Assembly (NCBI GenBank): GCA_030390025.1
Contig: CM059425.1
Span: 239,444,001 to 239,508,000, forward strand
Direction of reading: 5' to 3'
Length of the DNA stretch: 64,000 bases
DNA from: Squalus acanthias
Taxonomy: Eukaryota
The notes under the pieces were generated by a model. The model was given only the letters and a program-made list of their open reading frames with translations. It made no database searches and was not told where the DNA came from. The stretch's first letter is position 1. Each line of letters begins with the position of its first letter. Below, in pieces: positions 60,850 to 64,000 of the stretch. Both the position numbers and the translations under genes were made by a program.

Positions 60850-61730
60850 TATTAATGACCTGGACTAGGGTATACCGGGCATAATTTCAAAGTTTGCAGA
60901 TGACACGAAACTCGGAAATGTAGTAAACAGTGAGGAGGATAGTAACAGAGTTCAGGAGGACCTAGACAGACTGGTGAAATGGGCAGACACATGGAAGATG
61001 AAATTTGCATTTTGGAAGGAAAAATGAAGATAGGCAATATAAACTAAATGGTACAATTTTAATGGGAGTGTAGGATCTGAGGGTTCACGTACAGAAATCT
61101 TTGAAGATGGCAGGAAAAGTTGATACAGCTGTTAAAAAAGCATATGGGATCCTGCTTTTATAAATAGAGGCACAGGGTACAAAAGGAAGGAAGTTATGCT
61201 ACACCTTTATAAATCACTGGTTAGACCTCAGCTGGAGTATTGTGTCCAATTCTGGGCACCACACTTTCGGAAGGATGTCAAGGCCTTTGAGAGGATGCAG
61301 AGGTGATTTACTAGCATGATACCAGGGATGAGGGATGTCAGTTATGTGGCGAGACTAGAGAAGCTGGAACTCCTTTAAAGCAGAGAAGGTTAAGGGGGGA
61401 TTTAATGGAGGTGTTCAAAATTCTGAGGGGTTTTGATAGAGTAACTAGGGAGAAACTGTTCCCACTGGCAGGAGGGTCAGTAACCAGAGAACACAGATTT
61501 AAGGGGAGATGAGAATTTTTTTTAACGCAGCGAGTTATGATCTGGAATGCACTGCCTGAAAGGCTGGGGAAGCAGATTCAGTAGTATCTTCAAAAGGGAA
61601 TTGGATAAATATGTAAAGGAAAAATTTACAGGACTATGGGGAAAGAGCAGGGGCGTGGGACTAATTGGAGAGCTGTTTCAAAGAGCCGGCACGTGCACGA
61701 TGGTCCAAAAGGCCCCCTGTGCTGTATGAT
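60850..61730 (+). mobile_element. CR1 3' fragment
   Basis: KFADDTKL...LEYCVQFW... and CR1 tail. Confidence 0.85.
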
Positions 61731-61759
61731 TCAACAGAGTGTAGGAAAAATATATTCCG

Positions 61760-63760
61760 CTCCAAAGAAAAAAACAAACTAAACACTAATGAGACTCCAT
61801 GGCTGAATAAAGACATAAGGGAACAATTAAGGGTAAGGAAAGAGGCATACATTAAGTACATAGACAGCAGAGGAGTGCATGATAAGAGACAATACAAAGG
61901 GATTAGGAGAAAAGGCAAAAAAACAATTGGGAAGGCAAAGAGGAACTATGAAATTAAATTATCAAGGAACATAAAACAAAATAGTAAAATATTTTACAGG
62001 CACATCAATTTTAAAAAAAAAGGAAGGTTGGCATGGGAATAGGGCCAGTAAGAGATAGACAGGACGATACCACAGGTAACGATAGGGAGATGGCAGAACT
62101 ATTAAATCATTATTTTGCTTTGGTATTTACCAGGGAAATAGAACAGGTGGACATGACATTGGATGATGAGATAAGTGCATTAAAAATAAAAAAGGGGATA
62201 TAAAATAAATTAATCAAACTCAGAGGATAAAACCCCTGGTCCGGATGGATTGCATCCACGCATTTTAAAAGAATCTAGGGAAGAGATAGCAGAGGCATTA
62301 CTACACACATTTAATAATTCATTAGAAAAAGGTGTAGTGCCAGAGGACTGGCGGTTAGCTAATGTAATACCGATATTTAAGAAGGGGGATAGAACATGTC
62401 CAGGGAATGACCAGTCAGCTTAACATCGGTGGTAGGAAAAATAATGGAATCCCTACTAAAGGAGAGAATAGAAGAACATCTAGAAACAAAAAGTATAATA
62501 ATCAGCATGGATTTCAAAAGGGAAAATGTTGCTTGACCAACCTTATTGAATTTTTTGAAGAGGTAACAGAGAGTAGACAATGGTAATGCAGTAGATGTAA
62601 TTTATCTGGATTTTCAAAAGGCCTTCGATAAGGTACCCCATAATAGACTAATGAATAAGATCAGAGACTGCGGAGTCGGGACAAGTAGCAGAATGGATTG
62701 CTGGCTGGCTTCAAGACAGAAAGCAGAGAGTGGGAGTAAAGTGTAGCTATTCACAGTGGCAAAAGGTGGGTAGTGGTGTTCCACAAGGTCAGTGCTGGGA
62801 CCACTGCTGTTCACAATTTACATTAACGATTTAGACTTTGGTATCAAACATAATTTCTAAATTTGCAGATGATACCAAATTGGGGGGGGATAGTCAATAC
62901 AGAGGAGGACTGCAACAAATTACAGGAGGACATTAATAAACTTGCAGAATGGGCAAATAATTGGCAAATGAAGTTCAAAAGAGATAAACATGAGGTATTA
63001 CATTTTGGTAGGAAGAATAGGGATGTCACTTATCACTTGGAGGGTGCGAGTCTAGGTGGGGTAGAGGAACAAAGGCATCTCTGAGTACAAATCACTAAAA
63101 GTTGCGCCACAGGTTAGCAAGGCCATAAAAAAGCAAACCAAGCACTAGGGTTCATTCCTAGAGGGATAGAATTGAAAAGTAGGGAAGTTATGCTAAACCT
63201 GTTTTGAACCTTGGTTAGACCACACTTGGAGTACTGCTTGCAGTTCTGGTCGCCATATTATAAAAAGGATATAGAGACACTGGAGAGGATGCAGAGAAGA
63301 TTTACAAGGATGATACCAGAAATGCGAATGTATACATATCAGGAAAGGATGAACAGGTTGGGTCTCTTCTCTTGAAAGAAGAAGGCTGAGGGGTGACCTA
63401 ATAGAGGTCTTTAAAATTATGAGAGGTTTTGATAGAGTGGATAGAGAGAGAATGTTTCCACTTGTGTGGAAGAGCATAACTAGAGGCCATCAATATAAGA
63501 TAGTCACCAAGAAATCCAACCGGGAATTCAGAAGAAACTTCTGAGAATGCAGAGCTCGCTACCACAGGGAGTGGTTGAAGCGAATAGTATAGATGCATTG
63601 AAGGGGAGGCTGGACAAGCATATGAGGGAGAAGGGAATAGAGGGTTACGCTGATAGATTTAGATGAGGAATGACGGGAGGAGGCTTGAGTGGAGCATAAA
63701 CGCCGCATGGACTGGTTGGGCCGAATGGCCTGTTTCTGTGCCGTATATCCTAAGTTAATG
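61760..63760 (+). mobile_element. 5'-truncated CR1 LINE
   Basis: [22 protein letters not shown] and FADD segments with frameshifts; tail at about 63750. Confidence 0.88.
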
Positions 63761-64000
63761 ATACTATGTCCAACCAATGCAGAGCTGCAATGAGCAAAGC
63801 TAATAGAATGTTAAACAACATAGCCAAAACCGAATACAAGTCTGAGGAAGTCATGATCAAACTGTCTATGCTCTAGTCAGACAGCATCTTGAATACTGCA
63901 AGGTTGATGATGACTGAAATGGGGGACTTTCGTGCCTTTCTGAGTGGGTGAACTAATATGGAATTCCTGTTCTCATCTGTAACAATCTTGTGAAGTGAAA

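Overview
Cartilaginous-fish (shark-like) genomic DNA carrying the conserved vertebrate CENPU(+) / PRIMPOL(-) / CASP3(+) block. I could assemble by hand the last 7 coding exons of CENPU (5995-15809), the complete 12-coding-exon PRIMPOL CDS (45844-16687, 1782 nt, 593 aa, catalytic and Zn-finger motifs intact) and the first coding exon of a caspase-3-like gene (56673-56740). PRIMPOL and CASP3 share a CpG-rich bidirectional promoter (about 51640-52130) with a ZNF143/THAP11-type motif and a 46-bp x ~3.8 tandem array of NRF1-like sites. CENPU and PRIMPOL end tail-to-tail with possibly overlapping 3' UTRs. Introns are packed with decayed mobile DNA: CR1 and L2 LINEs, Deu-domain and V-domain SINEs, Harbinger/hAT/Tigger-like MITEs and Penelope-like elements. 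The most interesting signal is two families of Penelope-derived pseudo-LTRs carrying minimal type I hammerhead-ribozyme motifs. One forms a perfect 227-bp-arm palindrome in the last PRIMPOL intron, and another is a 124-bp solo 'ribozyme+tail' insertion with a 13-bp TSD. All calls are from reading the sequence and recalled family knowledge; no searches were run.
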